A stretch of 64,000 bases of DNA from an uncultured Spirochaetota bacterium (GTDB taxonomy: Bacteria; Spirochaetota; Spirochaetia; SZUA-6; Fen-1364): assembly GCA_963734545.1 (NCBI GenBank), contig CAVTHO010000003.1, positions 384,001 through 448,000 on the forward strand, read 5' to 3'. Made by a program: the position numbers and the translations under genes. The notes under the pieces are model-generated. The model saw nothing but the letters and a program-made list of their open reading frames with translations, was not told the DNA's origin and did not search any database. Of this stretch, positions 1-11,890 are shown piece after piece (within the stretch, counting starts at the first letter, position 1; each line of letters begins with the position of its first letter).

Positions 1-1068
1 GGGATCCCAGTACGGCGCTCCCATGCCCACGAACGCGGGAACGAAATAGACCCCGCCGGTGTCCGCAACCGACCGGGCCAGTGTGTCGGATTCCGCGGAA
101 GAGGAGAGGATGCGCAGCTCGTCGCGCAGCCACTGTACCACCGCGCCTCCGACGAACACGGAGCCCTCCAGCGCGTACTCCAGGCCGTCGCCCAGGTCCC
201 ATGCAACGGTCGTGAGAAGCCGGTTGCGGGAGGCAACGGCCTGGCGGCCGGTGGAAAGCAGGCAGAAGCATCCCGTCCCGTACGTGACTTTCACCGCCCC
301 TGGCTCCAGGCACGCCTGGCCCAGGAGCGCGGCCTGCTGGTCTCCCAGCACGCCGCACACGGGAATCTCAGCGCCGAGAAGGCTTGCCTCCGCATGACCG
401 AAGCTCGCGGAGGAGGGGATGACGCGGGGCAGCAGCGCCGCGGGGATTTCCAGGGCGGCGAGTATCTCCGGGTCCCACGCGCCCTTGCGAATGTCGAAGA
501 GGAGCGTCCGTGAGGCGTTCGACGGGTCCGTGAAGTGGCCCCCCGTCAGCTTGTAGACGAGCCACGAATCCACCGTGCCGAAGCAGACGTCTCCCGCGTG
601 CGCCTTTTTCCGCATGCCCGGCATGTTTTCCAGGGCCCACATGATTTTCGTCGCCGAGAAGTATGGATCGACCAGGAGGCCCGTGCGCTCAATGAGCATG
701 CGCTCCAGCCCCCGGGCGGAGAGGGTGCGGCAGATATCTGCCGTGCGCCGATCCTGCCAGACGATGGCGGGGCCGAGGGGCGCGCCCGTGCTCCTGTCCC
801 AGAACACGGCCGTTTCCCGCTGGTTGGCAATTCCGATCCCGGCGATCTGCGAGGGACTGATGTGCGCCTGGGCAATGGCCTCCCGCGCCGCGGTGAGCTG
901 GGTGGACCAGATCTCAGCAGGGTCGTGCTCCACCCAGCCCGGGCGGGGGTAGCTCTGCGGAAAGGATTTCTGAGACAGGGCGAGCGCGCGTCCCGTCCGG
1001 TCGTAGACGATGGCGCGAGAGCTGGTCGTGCCCTGATCGAGGGCGAGAACGTACTGCGAGCCTGCCAT
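1..1068 (-). CDS. glpK: Glycerol kinase (3' end runs off window; apparent frameshift near 950)
   Basis: Manual translation: [21 protein letters not shown]..., [63 protein letters not shown]; FGGY/GlpK motifs. Confidence 0.95.
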   Translation of the reverse strand, partial: MAGSQYVLALDQGTTSSRAIVYDRTGRALALSQKSFPQSYPRPGWVEHDPAEIWSTQLTAAREAIAQAHISPSQIAGIGIANQRETAVFWDRSTGAPLGPAIVWQDRRTADICRTLSARGLERMLIERTGLLVDPYFSATKIMWALENMPGMRKKAHAGDVCFGTVDSWLVYKLTGGHFTDPSNASRTLLFDIRKGAWDPEILAALEIPAALLPRVIPSSASFGHAEASLLGAEIPVCGVLGDQQAALLGQACLEPGAVKVTYGTGCFCLLSTGRQAVASRNRLLTTVAWDLGDGLEYALEGSVFVGGAVVQWLRDELRILSSSAESDTLARSVADTGGVYFVPAFVGMGAPYWDP

Positions 1069-1075
1069 GAAGGGG

Positions 1076-1105
1076 ATTATATGCGTCCGGCTATCGGGCG
1101 GACAA
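1076..1105 (-). promoter_or_regulatory. sigma70-type promoter for glpK (TTGTCC-18-TATAAT), ATG 7 nt downstream of -10
   Basis: Perfect TATAAT at 1081-1076 on minus strand; no SD sequence before the ATG. Confidence 0.6.
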
Positions 1106-1801
1106 GCTTCCCGGCGCGTAGGGGCCGGAGACCACCCCGTAGCCGGCCTTCTCGTCCCACGCGAACACGCGATAGGTGAAGCCCGCCGTCAGCGCCGGCG
1201 AGGCGCTGAGGATGGTTCTTATTTCCAGGGGAGGGGATTTGCTCCCTGCCGGAAACGCCGCCACGAACCTTCCATCGGAGCTGTATGTCCACACCTCGTA
1301 CGCCGCGTAGGGGCCTGACACCCTGATGATTCCTCCTGCCACGCTCGAGGAAGGGTACGCGGCGTCCGCCGCGCCGACGGCGCGGGCGGGAATCGTCACG
1401 GTGTCTTCCACGGTGTCCCCCCCCGCGTCCTGCAGAACGACCCTGTAGGGGCCGGCGGGGAGCCTGGCTGACCCGGGCATGAAGAGAGACGTGCTCCCGA
1501 TCCAGCTCTCCCCCTCGGCAGTGGAGGTGGACCACGCGCCGCTTTCCACCTTCCAGAAGAGCTCCGCGTCGTCGTTGATCACGTAGAACGCGCCGAGGTT
1601 CTCCAGTCCCTCCGGGTCATTCGCCACGAGGAAGACTCCGAGTGTTTCGGATTTCCTGCCGCTTCCCGTGTCGTGCACATAGATGGCGCGCGCGAATACC
1701 CGGGAGATGGTCGGCGGCTTGCCGGCGCAGCCGGCCAGGACCAGAACCAGGAGCGCGCAGAGGGCGGCGGCTGCGGTGCCGGTCCGGAGGGTCCTCCTCA
1801 C
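1091..1801 (-). CDS. Hypothetical lipoprotein (start approximate)
   Basis: Hydrophobic stretch ending in lipobox VLAGC within ORF 1091..1888; likely GTG start overlapping the tdk stop. Confidence 0.65.
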   Translation of the reverse strand: MRRTLRTGTAAAALCALLVLVLAGCAGKPPTISRVFARAIYVHDTGSGRKSETLGVFLVANDPEGLENLGAFYVINDDAELFWKVESGAWSTSTAEGESWIGSTSLFMPGSARLPAGPYRVVLQDAGGDTVEDTVTIPARAVGAADAAYPSSSVAGGIIRVSGPYAAYEVWTYSSDGRFVAAFPAGSKSPPLEIRTILSASPALTAGFTYRVFAWDEKAGYGVVSGPYAPGSLSAR

Positions 1802-2916
1802 AGCTTCTCCAGCACGGTGGCCCGCCGGCAGTCGGACAGGCGGCGCTGCAGGTAGTCGACGTCCAGCCGGAGCTCTTTCACAAGGCACAGGAACAGGGAG
1901 TCCGGCACGATGTTTTGTTCCGTGAACAGAAACAGCAGCGCCCTCTCCGCGATGCAGGACACGCGCAGCGAGTTCATCCGGATTTCCTCGTACCTGTCAC
2001 GGAAGTGGGCGTACAGCAGGGATTTCTCCAGGTTGTCCTTGATGAGAGACAGCTCCTCGCGAAGGGGCGCCGCGTCCCCCCGTGCCGCCTGCGCGCCGAG
2101 GGGCTTGAGAACGAGGAAGGTGTACTCCTTGCCCGGCAGATAGTGATGGTCGTCGCAGCGGGTGCAGTAGTTCGGCTCCAATGGATCATGCACCTCGCGG
2201 TCTCCGCCGATCACCAGCAGGGGATCGAAGTAGAGCGCGGGACACTCCCGTCCGTCCACCGTGTAGTACCGGTAGGTATAGAAGGAATCCTGGAGACACT
2301 CGGGATGCTCGCAGTAGGCGGTGAGAGGGAACACGTCCGTGGCCGTGTCCAGCAAAAGCCGCGCGGTCGTATTGAATATCTCGCGCCGGAAATTCAGCAC
2401 GAGCGAGGGGAAGATGAATGTCAGCCCCCGGGTCCGCGAAGCGTTTTCCACCACGTAGGCGAGCCGCTCCTCGTAGAAGGATGCCTCGTCGATGACCCAG
2501 GTCCCCGCCTCCGGGTTCTCCGCCATGACGCGCTCCAGGTCGAACGAGCTTGAGATCGAGGCGATGTTCTTCCCGCAGCGCACGAACCCCCCGCGGTAGG
2601 GAAGCGCATCCGGCGGGTAATCGGGAAACCTCCTGACATCCAGCGCGGAACGGATGAAGAACACGATCCTGCGGTCAGCCCCATCGGCGCGCGTGCTGAG
2701 CGCGGCGGCCCCCTTTTTCCTGCGCGCCACCTCGGAATCCCGCCAGATCCGCGCGGAGAACTCGGTCTTGCCCGAGCCCATGGAGCCGATCACGAGGATC
2801 CGCCGTGACGGCCGCGAGAAGTCGAAGTGATTGAACGAGTGATGAACCCTGACCTCGGGGAATCCGAGGCTCTTCAGGAAGGTTCGTGTGTCCTGGCTCT
2901 CCGGCGCGCCGTCCAT
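1798..2916 (-). CDS. tdk: Thymidine kinase, long spirochaete-type
   Basis: Walker A GSMGSGKT, Walker B VIDEA, Zn ligands AYCEHPEC and YCTRCDDH; ~370 aa with N- and C-terminal extensions. Confidence 0.88.
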   Translation of the reverse strand: MDGAPESQDTRTFLKSLGFPEVRVHHSFNHFDFSRPSRRILVIGSMGSGKTEFSARIWRDSEVARRKKGAAALSTRADGADRRIVFFIRSALDVRRFPDYPPDALPYRGGFVRCGKNIASISSSFDLERVMAENPEAGTWVIDEASFYEERLAYVVENASRTRGLTFIFPSLVLNFRREIFNTTARLLLDTATDVFPLTAYCEHPECLQDSFYTYRYYTVDGRECPALYFDPLLVIGGDREVHDPLEPNYCTRCDDHHYLPGKEYTFLVLKPLGAQAARGDAAPLREELSLIKDNLEKSLLYAHFRDRYEEIRMNSLRVSCIAERALLFLFTEQNIVPDSLFLCLVKELRLDVDYLQRRLSDCRRATVLEKL

Positions 2917-2924
2917 GAACCGCA

Positions 2925-2992
2925 AGCATAGTCCGCGCGACGCGCGACGTCAACGCGTGCGAGTTGACAGAGTGCCGGAATCGACCTACGGT
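2925..2992. promoter_or_regulatory. Back-to-back divergent sigma70 promoters: TTGACA-17-TACGGT (+) and TTGACG-17-TATGCT (-)
   Basis: Plus strand -35 at 2964-2969 and -10 at 2987-2992; minus strand -35 at 2953-2948 and -10 at 2930-2925; both spacers are exactly 17 nt. Confidence 0.7.
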
Positions 2993-2998
2993 GCCCGA

Positions 2999-5557
2999 AT
3001 GGCCCTTACGGAAGAGCAGGTGAAGACATTGACAGGCCTGACCGAGGAACAGGCGAGGCTGATCCTGGCGAAGGAGGGGATGAACGAGCTGCCGTCCTCG
3101 AAGAAGCGCGGCATCTTTTCCATCGCCTTCGAGGTGGTCAAAGAGCCCATGTTCCTGCTCCTGATCGCGTGCGGCGTCATCTACCTGGTGCTCGGCGACA
3201 TCCAGGAGGCGATCATGCTTCTCGGGTTCGTCGTGGTGATCATGGGCATCACCATCTTTCAGGAACAAAAGACGGAAAACACGCTGGAGGCCCTGCGGGA
3301 CCTCTCGAGCCCCCGGGCCCTGGTCATACGGGAAGGCGAGCGGCGGAGGATCCCCGGCAGGGAGGTGGCGCGCGGGGACCTCCTGGTTCTTTCCGAGGGG
3401 GACCGGGTGCCGGCGGATGCCCTGCTCCTCTGGTGCGTCAACATCTCAGCCGATGAGTCGCTTCTGACGGGCGAGTCGGCAGCCGTGCGGAAGTCCGCCG
3501 GCGACCCTGACACGCCATTGCAGAGACCGGGCGGAGAGGACACCCCTTTCGTCTATTCCGGCACCCTGATTGTGCATGGACGGGGGGTCGCCGTCGCGAA
3601 GGCCACCGGCGCGGACTCGGAGATCGGGAGGATCGGGAAAGCGCTGCAGACGGTACAGCAGGAACAGACCCCTCTCCAGAAGGAAACAGCCTCCATCGTC
3701 AAGGCAATCTTCGCGGGCGCGCTGCTGCTGTGCGCTGTCCTGGTCGTGGTATACGGCCTCACGCGCGGGAACTGGCTGGAAGGGATTCTCTCCGGCATCA
3801 CGCTGGCGATGGCGATGCTCCCGGAAGAGTTTCCCGTCGTGCTCACGATCTTTCTCGCTCTCGGCGCATGGCGCATCTCCCAGAACAGGGTGCTTGCGCG
3901 CAGGATGGCGGCGGTGGAGACCCTTGGCGCAGCCACCGTGCTGTGCGCGGACAAGACGGGCACTCTCACCCAGAACAGGATGAAGATCCGCATGCTGCGT
4001 GCCGGCGGCGTCTCTCTCGATCTGGCGGAGAGCAGGGGCGCCGTTCCCGAGAGCTTTCACGAGCTGCTGGAGTTCGGCATTCTCGCCAGCCAGGAAGACC
4101 CGTTCGACCCGATGGAGAAAGCGATCCAGGAGGCGGGTGCCCTCACCCTGACGAATACCGAGCATCTGCACAGGAGCTGGACCATGGTGCAGCAGTACCC
4201 CCTGTCGCGGGACCTGCTCGCGCTCTCCCACGTGTGGAAGTCGGTGTCCGGGGCCGGCTACGTCGTCGCCACGAAGGGCGCGCCGGAGGCCATCGCGGAT
4301 CTCTGCCATTTCGACACCGGAGCGCGCCGAGGCGCTGGCCCGCGAGGTGCACGATCTGGCGGACCGGGGCCTGCGGGTGCTGGGTGTGGCGAAGGCCGGT
4401 TTTCCGGAGAGTGACCTTCCCGGCGCGCAGCACGAGTTCGTCTTCGAGTTCATCGGCCTGGTCGGACTGGAAGATCCCATACGGCCGACGGTGCCTCCGG
4501 CCATCGCAGAATGCTACGAAGCGGGCATCAAGGTCGTGATGATCACGGGAGATTACCCCGTGACGGCGCAGAAAATTGCCCGGCAGATCGGGATGCGGGG
4601 CGGGGAGACCGTGATCACGGGGCAGGACCTTGCGCGCATGTCCCCCGGGAGCTGCGGGAGCGAGTGAGGGAGACGACCATCTTTGCCCGGGTGGTGCCCG
4701 AGCAGAAGCTTCTCATCGTGGATGCGTTCAAGGCGAACGGCGAGGTGGTGGCCATGACCGGGGACGGGGTGAACGACGCGCCCGCGCTGAAGTCCGCGCA
4801 CATCGGCGTGGCCATGGGGGAAAGGGGTACCGACGTGGCGCGGGAGGCGTCCGCCCTCGTGCTGCTGGACGACGACTTCTCCTCCATCGTCGCAGCGGTG
4901 AGGATGGGACGGAGGATCTTCGACAACCTGAAAAAGGCGATGGCATACATCATCAGCGTGCATGTCCCCATCGCTCTCGCATCCCTGGTGCCCGTGCTCT
5001 TGAATTGGAAGGAGATGATCCTGTTCCCCGTGCACATCGTGTTCCTGGAGCTGATCATCGATCCGGCGTGCTCCGTCGTGTTCGAGGCCGAAGCGGGGGA
5101 GCGGGACATCATGAAGCGCATGCCGCGCAGCCCGAAGGACCGCCTCTTCGGCAGGCGGAGCCTGGTGACCAGCGCCATCCAGGGGCTGGTGGCTTTTGGA
5201 GCGGTGATCGCGGTCTACGCGGCGGCGCTCGCCCTCGGGGAGAGCGTGGCCCAGGCCCGCACGCTGTCCTTCGTGACGCTCATCGTGTCCAATCTCTGCC
5301 TTATCCTCACCAACCGCAGCTGGCAGCGCAGCCTGTTCACGTCCTTTGCCGTCCGCAACCCCGCGCTCCTCTGGGTCATCGGCGGCGCGCTCGCTTTCCT
5401 GGCTCTCGTGGTATACGTCCCGGCGCTGCAGCGTCTTTTCCACTTCGCCTTCATGCAGCCGCTGGATCTCGCCCTCGCGGGTGCCGCCGGTCTCTTCAGT
5501 ATCTTGTGGTTCGAAGTGATGAAGCTTGTCAGGCGCAGGCGGCTTCGAGCCGGCTGA
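2999..5557 (+). CDS. Cation-translocating P-type ATPase (P2/Ca2+-like); frameshifts near 4315 and 4645
   Basis: TGES, PEEF, DKTGT, KGAPE, MITGD and GDGVNDAP motifs spread over three adjacent ORF fragments. Confidence 0.93.
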
Positions 5558-5579
5558 GCGGGGAAGGCGCGTGCGCCCT

Positions 5580-8500
5580 TTACGCGAACAGCGTGAGCTG
5601 CCGGTCGCGCGGCGGGCGGCGCGGGGTCTTGTCCACCAGGCAGCGCGCAGGTATTTCCGACAGGAACCGGCTCGGCAGGGCGCCCTGCACCTTTCCATGC
5701 GCGCGGCGACTGGCGCAATGGCTGATGAAGAGAAAGTCGCGTGCCCGGGTAACGGCGACGTAGAACAGCCGGCGCTCCTCCGCCAGGTCATCCGGCAGGC
5801 GCGCAGAATCCACGGAGTACCGTGGCGTGACTCCTTCCTCCGCGCCCGCGATGAACACGACCGGGAACTCCAGGCCCTTGGCCGCGTGGAATGTCAGGAG
5901 AGCCACCTTCTGCGCGGCCCGCGCCCACTCGCTTTCTCGCGCGCAGAGGGAAACACGGGAGAGGAAACCGCGGAGGTCCGACCCGTGTTCCGCCGCGAAA
6001 TCGCGCAGAGCTTCTTCTCCGAGCACAACGTCCGGTGAGGAGGTGTCGAACCGCACCACGCTGCTCCGCGCATCGTCAATGAGAGCGCAGACACCTTCCG
6101 AGCCGGCCTTCCGCGCAAGCTCGGCTCCGCGGAGCGAGCCAGTCCTCCACCGACGCGGCGGGGCTTCCGCCGGCCGCGTGGGCGCGGAGGATGCGCAGTG
6201 ATACCGGGTCTGCCGGGCATGACCACCAGCCTGAGCGCCGCGACAAGGGAACGGAAGGGCTCCTCTTCGGCGAGCGGGGTGCCGGCGCCGAGCGTGAGCG
6301 GCAGCCCGGCGCCTGCCAGCGAGGGGAGAAGCGCGTCCCGGACAGCGCGCGTGCGAAAGAGGACCGCGATGTCCGAGAACGCGTAGCCGCCGCGGTCACG
6401 GTACGGCGTACTCGCCGAACGGGTACTCCCGTATTCAGCGACATTTTCGAGCTCGCGTCCCCTCGCCGCGTCCACGGACACGGAATCCACGCCCCCGACA
6501 AGGTCGCTGATCGAACCGGCAATGATTTTTCCTTCCTCCTGCGGGTCCGAGACCCTGAGCAGCCGTACCCTGGCGCCTTCCGGCCGAACCGCAGCGAGCA
6601 GGGGAGCGCCCTGCGCGCGCGCACGGTGGAAATCAATGCGTCGGCAGAGGCTACGATGGCCCCGGCAGATCGATAGTTGCGTGTCAGGTAAAAGGTGCGG
6701 GCGCCGGTCTGCTCGCCGAATCGGAAAAACAATTCCCTGTCTGAGCCGCGAAAGCCATAGATGGCCTGGTCGGGGTCCCCGATGCCCAGCACCCGCTCCA
6801 CGGAGGGGCAAAGCTGCATCAGAAGCTCGTACTGGGGCTTGTTGATGTCCTGGAGCTCGTCGATGGCAATGAGACCGTATCGAGCGGAGAGCTCGGCTCG
6901 GAATGCTCCGTCGGCCTGCAGCGCGGCATTCAGCCGCGTCACCAGGGACGAGAGGTCCGCGCCGCCGATGCGACGCAGCTCCTCCTCGTACCTGTCCATT
7001 ACGATTTGCAGGTCCGTTCCCGGTTCCTCCATCCCTTCCCAGCACCGCTCCATGCGCTCCGCAAGGGCGCCGCGGTACGCCGCGGATTCGGCATTGCGGT
7101 ACGCCGCGGATTCGGCCTTCACCCGACCGGTCACCTGCCGGAAGAAGCATTTCCAGCAGCTCGGCCCTCTGCGAGGGGGCATAGACGGCAAGGAGCGAGG
7201 GATCGCGCTCCCTGAGGACCGACCAGCAGAAGGAATGAAATGTCGCTGCGGTGATCTTGTCAGCCTGTCCCGGGCAGCAGGAGCGCAAGCCGGTCTTTGA
7301 GCTCTCCGGCCGCCCGGTTGGTAAAAGTGAGCGCAAGGACCCGGCCCGGCTCGATGGCCCCGGTGCGCACCTGACGGGAGATCCAGGCCACCAGGAGTCG
7401 GGTCTTCCCGGTGCCGGGACCTGCCAGGACCAGGCTGCGCCGGGAATCGCAATCAACGATGGCGCGTCTGTTCGTCGTCGAGAATCGCGGGGTCCTCCAT
7501 GGTATCCTGCGCGCGCGCGCGCAGCCTGAAGGGGGAGGGCCCGCGCGCCTTCCGGGACGAGGATGCGCGTCTCGGCTTGAAAGAGCTCATCCTGTCCCCG
7601 GAGCCTGATCAGCTCCGCGTCGTTGAAGACCCGGATGACTCCGAACTCCCCGTCATAGCCGGGCCGGGGATCGATTCTTCCCTCCCTCATGCGCCGCACG
7701 GCCTCGGCCAGAAGGCTGCCCTGTGAGCGCGAGATGTCTTCCAGCGCCGCGTCGAGGAGGAACCCGTATTCGTTCCCGAACGCCGTGATGATCCGGCCGT
7801 ACAGGCCGGTGACCGCTTTCGAGCCGGAGCCGCTGCCCGCAATTTCCGCGAGGAGCTCGGGGAGGGGTATGATGTAGCTGAATCCTTCAGCCCTCCGCGG
7901 CGGCAGCGGCTCGGCCCTGTCCGCGAGCGCGAGCACCCGGTTGAGCACGCCCACGGTGACGGGCGTGCCGCACACGGGACACATGCCGCCCGTTTTCAGC
8001 GTCTGGTCCGGCTCCATGCAGACCCCGCACTTGCGGTGGCCGTCGTAGTGGTACTTTCCCTCTTCAGGGTAGAACTCGAACGTCCCCAGGAAGCCCTCGC
8101 CGGTCCGGAGGGCATCGACAAGGCCCTGCCAGCTTTGCTCGGTGTCGAGGAGATTCGCCTCCCTGCCGAGCCTGCCCGGCGAGTGCGCGTCCGAGTTCGA
8201 GATCAGCCGGTAGCGGTCGAGGGCGCTCCAGCGCCAGTTCATGAGCGGATCCGAGGAAAGGCCCGTTTCCAGCGCGAAGATGTGCGGGGTGAGCTCCTCG
8301 AAGCAGTCTTCGATGCGGTCGAAGCCCGACTTCGAGCCGAAGAGGGAGAACCATGGCGTCCAGATGTGGGCGGGGATGAGGAACGAGTCAGGCGAAGTCT
8401 CCAGGAGCAGGGAAAGCAGGTCCTTCGGGTCCAGCCCCAGGATGGGCCGGCCGTCCGAGGCGATGTTGCCTATGGTCGCGAGCTTCGTGCTCATCCGGCG

Positions 8501-8852
8501 CGCGTCTTCCAGGGTGGGCACGCCGATCAGGCTGTGCACTTTTCGCACCTGCCCCTGCTTCTTGTAGATGGAGCTGATTTCCGTGGTCAGGATGAATCGG
8601 ACCGGGTGGTCCGCCGGGCACAGCCCCTTCGAGGGGCGAGCCCTCGGGCGGTTCCCTGAGCGCGTACAGACCGTCCTTCTCCACGAGCCGGTCTTCCAGC
8701 TCCGCGAGCCACCCGGGGTGAGTGAAATCACCGGTGCCCACGACCCCGATGCCTTTGACCCTGGCCCAGCGATAGTAGCCCGCCAGGTCAGCCTCCCTGC
8801 TCGTGGCCCGCGAATATCGGGAGTGCACGTGCAGGTCGGCAACGTATCTCAT
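5580..8852 (-). CDS. Endonuclease Q/PHP (TIGR00375-like) domain fused to a UvrD/PcrA-type SF1 helicase; several frameshifts
   Basis: N-terminal DLHVHSRYS, ETGLSSDP, SNSDAHS, GKYHYDGHRKC and CPVCG; helicase motifs IDELQD, GDPDQAIYGFRG, TRNYRS, TFHAAKGLEF, EERRLFYVAVTRA. Confidence 0.9.
5806..5827 (-). repeat. Hairpin repeat copy (CCACGG-TACT-CCGTGG-ATTC), in frame in the UvrD C-terminus (PRYSVDS)
   Basis: Reverse complement reads cgccacggtactccgtggattc; perfect 6-bp stem. Confidence 0.75.
6395..6443 (+). repeat. Compound double-hairpin repeat copy, in frame within the UvrD domain (AEYGSTRSASTPYRD)
   Basis: cacgGTAC-ggcgtactcgccgaacgggtactccc-GTAT; near-identical to 17675-17712. Confidence 0.85.
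7066..7116 (+). repeat. Two tandem 24-bp hairpin repeat units, in frame in UvrD (AESAAYRN-AESAAYRG)
   Basis: gcggtacgccgcggattcggc occurs twice with period 24. Confidence 0.9.
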
Positions 8853-9442
8853 GCGGATTTCGCGAAAATCGTCCTGATCTCTTCCTTGGCGCCGTCCAGC
8901 ACTTCCCCGTATTTCATGTCGAGCTGGGAGAGGTACTGGCGGATCATGGACTGGAACTCGGGATCCGCCGCAGGGTTGATCTTCACCGGCCTGCCCATCT
9001 GCCGGGACAGCTCCTCTTCCTTCTTCTTCAGCCTCTGGGAGTACTGGCGCTCGACGGTCTCCACCAGGCGCTTGCGCTCGCCGAGGTACTCCTTGAAAAA
9101 GCCGTCGAGCTGGCTGAATATCGTGGTCACCTTGCGCGCGTCCGAGACGGCGAGCGACACGGCTTCCCCAATGCGTTTCAAGTCTTTCGTTGCGAACTCG
9201 TCGATCGGGAGAACGAGGTTGGCAAGAAGGGACTGGACAAGCCCCTCCCTCACCGTCCGGGCCTGGGAAGCGTCATAGCCCTTGAGCGCAGCCTTGAGAT
9301 CGTATGCAGGGTCCTCCAGCATCCTGGACACGAGCTTTTTCCCTTCGTCTCGGAGCCGGTTCGTCTCCACCAGCTCCTTGTTCGCTTCTATGCCCTTGGA
9401 GTTCTCCATCGCGATTTCGAGCGCCGATTTTATGATTCCCAT
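8849..9442 (-). CDS. Conserved hypothetical protein (DUF6657-like)
   Basis: N-terminus MGIIKSALEIAME, helical and charged; overlaps the start of the helicase fusion. Confidence 0.7.
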   Translation of the reverse strand: MGIIKSALEIAMENSKGIEANKELVETNRLRDEGKKLVSRMLEDPAYDLKAALKGYDASQARTVREGLVQSLLANLVLPIDEFATKDLKRIGEAVSLAVSDARKVTTIFSQLDGFFKEYLGERKRLVETVERQYSQRLKKKEEELSRQMGRPVKINPAADPEFQSMIRQYLSQLDMKYGEVLDGAKEEIRTIFAKSA

Positions 9443-9493
9443 CTATTTTTCTCCCTCACCCGGTGTGCAATGTAATCTGGCCTTGTGCGCGAA

Positions 9494-10076
9494 TCAAGCA
9501 GGGAGAAGGATGGTATCCTTCTCCGTGACCGCGCCGTCCAGGCGCTGGTCCCTTTCACCGTGAGGGACCTCTTCCACGAGCTGTTCGGAAACGCAGACGC
9601 CTATGGCGGCGATGCTCTTCGCGGTGCGCCGTGCCCCGGCCAGGAACCTGTCGTAGTAGCCTTTGCCCCTGCCCAGCCGATTGCCCTGCCGGTCGAAGGC
9701 AAGACCGGGCACCGTCACGAGCACGCATGCGGCGCGCGCGAGGTCCACCGGCAGCCACGCGGGATCCGGTTCCGGTATGCCCCAGGCATCGCGCGGGAGC
9801 TCCCCCGCATCCGGCGGCATGACGACGAAGCGGATGTCATTTTCCTCGATGCAGGGGACCGCGACGGTCTTGCCCTCGCGCGCGCGCTTCCGAGATCATC
9901 GCCGCGGTGTCCAGCTCGTGGGGCATGGACAGAAAACACAGGACCGTGTCGGCCCGGCGCCAGGCGTCTGTCAGCGCGAGGCGTCCCGCGACGACCGCGC
10001 TCCGCGCCGCGAGGTCCGCCGCGCCGATCCCGCGCAGGCGGCGCTTCATCGCCGCGCGCATTTCCGTCTTGTTCAT
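9494..10076 (-). CDS. 5-formyltetrahydrofolate cyclo-ligase (frameshifted near 9840-9890)
   Basis: MNKTEMRAAM... N-terminus; VPGLAFDRQGNRLGRGKGYYDR motif. Confidence 0.9.
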
Positions 10077-10099
10077 GCTACATTCATACGGACGGGGAG

Positions 10100-11813
10100 A
10101 TGGATATGCAAGAGCAGGGGGCCGCGCCCAGGGCCGATTTCTGGGATTTCACGCGCGCGAGCATCATCGGGGAAAGCACCCTGATCGAGACGCCGTTCGG
10201 CAGCAGGCGGGTCACCTACGCCGACCACACCGCCTCGGGCCGGGGGGTGGCATTCATCGAAGACCGGATGCGCGACGTGCTGGAGCTGTACGGCAACACG
10301 CACACGGAGGACGATGCGACGGGCACCCTCACCTCCGAGCGCCTGCGCGATGCCGAGGCCACGATCAAGAGGCTCGTGCACGCGGGCCCCGCGCACATGA
10401 TCGTCACCGTCGGCGCCGGGGCCACCGCGGCGGTGCACCACCTCCAGCAGATCCTGGGCATCTATGTCCCGCCCGCGGGCAGGGATTTTTTCGAGACTCT
10501 GCTCAGGGAGCATCTCCCGGCCTCGCAGAATGAAGCCCTGGCCGCCCTGCTCGGCGCCTCCCGCCCCGTGGTCTTCGTCGGTCCCTACGAGCATCACTCG
10601 AATGAAGTCTCCTGGCGGGAGTGCTACGCCGAGGTCGTCGAGATCGAGCTCACCCCGGAGGGCCTGCTCGATCTCGAGGACCTGCGCGCCAAGGTGTCCC
10701 GGGAAGGATACGCGGGCAGGCGCAAGATCGGCGCTTTCTCCGCTGCCTCCAATGTCACGGGCGTGAAAACGCCGGTGCACGAGGTCGCACGGATCCTGCA
10801 TCGCCACGACGCGCTTGCGTTCTTCGATTTCGCCGCGCTCGCGCCGTACGAGCCCATCGACATGTGCCGGGACGCCGAGTCGTGTTTCGATGCGATCTAT
10901 TTCTCCCCGCACAAGCTCCTCGGGGGTCCGGGAAGCTGCGGCGTGCTCATCTTTCACCGCAGAATCTACCGCGGCGATCTTCCCCCCACGGTGGGCGCCG
11001 GTGGCACGGTGGACTTCGTGAGCTTCGACGACCAGGCCTACAGCGCCGACATCGAGGTCCGGGAGAAGGCCGGCACGCCGGGCATCCTGCAGACCCTCCG
11101 GGCGGCGCTCGCCATGGAGCTGAAGGAGAAGCTGGGTGCCGCGCGCATCGCGGAGCGTGAGGGGGACCTGGTGCGCAGGGTGCACGCCGCCCTTTGCGGG
11201 CACCCGGCCATCGATCTCATGGGCAATGTCGGACCGGAGCACCGGCTGCCGATTTTCTCCTTCAATGTAAGGGTGGGCACGTCGTGGCTGCACCCGCGAT
11301 TCGTCACCCGGCTCCTCAATGACCTTTTCGGCATCCAGAGCAGGGCGGGGTGCTCGTGCGCCGCGCCGTACGGTCACCGGATCCTCCACATCGACGCGAA
11401 GAAGTCCCGGGACCTCCGGCGCTCCATCATGGGCGGAAACGTCGGTCTCAAGCCGGGCTGGGCCCGGGTGAACTTCCACTTCCTTCTCAGCGACGAGGAG
11501 GTCGATTTCATCTGCCGCGCCATCCTTTTCGTGGCGGAGCAGGGAAAGCATTTTCTGCCTCTCTATCGCTTCGACATCCACAGCGGGTCCTGGCAGCACG
11601 GCGAGTTCGCGCCCCGTCACAGCGTCTTCGGTCTGGAGGAGGCGCTGGCGCCGGGCGCGGGCGCGGCGCGCGCGGCAGAGGACGATCATGGCGCGCTTTT
11701 TGCGCGCTACCTGGCCGAGGCGGAAAGCCTGGCGCGCGGCCTGCAGGGACCGCTGGTCGGATACGAATCTCAAGCACACGGAGGAGGACCTGATCCCCTT
11801 CGTGTACATGTAA
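10100..11813 (+). CDS. Aminotransferase class V / cysteine desulfurase-like PLP enzyme (frameshift near 11750)
   Basis: YADHTASG, GPYEHHSN, SAASNVTG, SPHK (PLP lysine), RAGCSCA; natural end ...EEDLIPFVYM* in the shifted frame. Confidence 0.88.
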
Positions 11814-11842
11814 GGGGGTACCCTTTCGGCGAATACGCCGGT
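11812..11842 (-). repeat. Double-hairpin repeat copy immediately after a stop codon
   Basis: Reverse complement cggcg-tatt-cgccg-a-aaggg-tacc-ccctt; same layout as the 6404 and 17682 copies with compensatory changes. Confidence 0.75.
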
Positions 11843-11890
11843 TCTGGGCGCCGCGGTAGTCGGCCGCGGCCCGGAATGCTATTTTTCATC

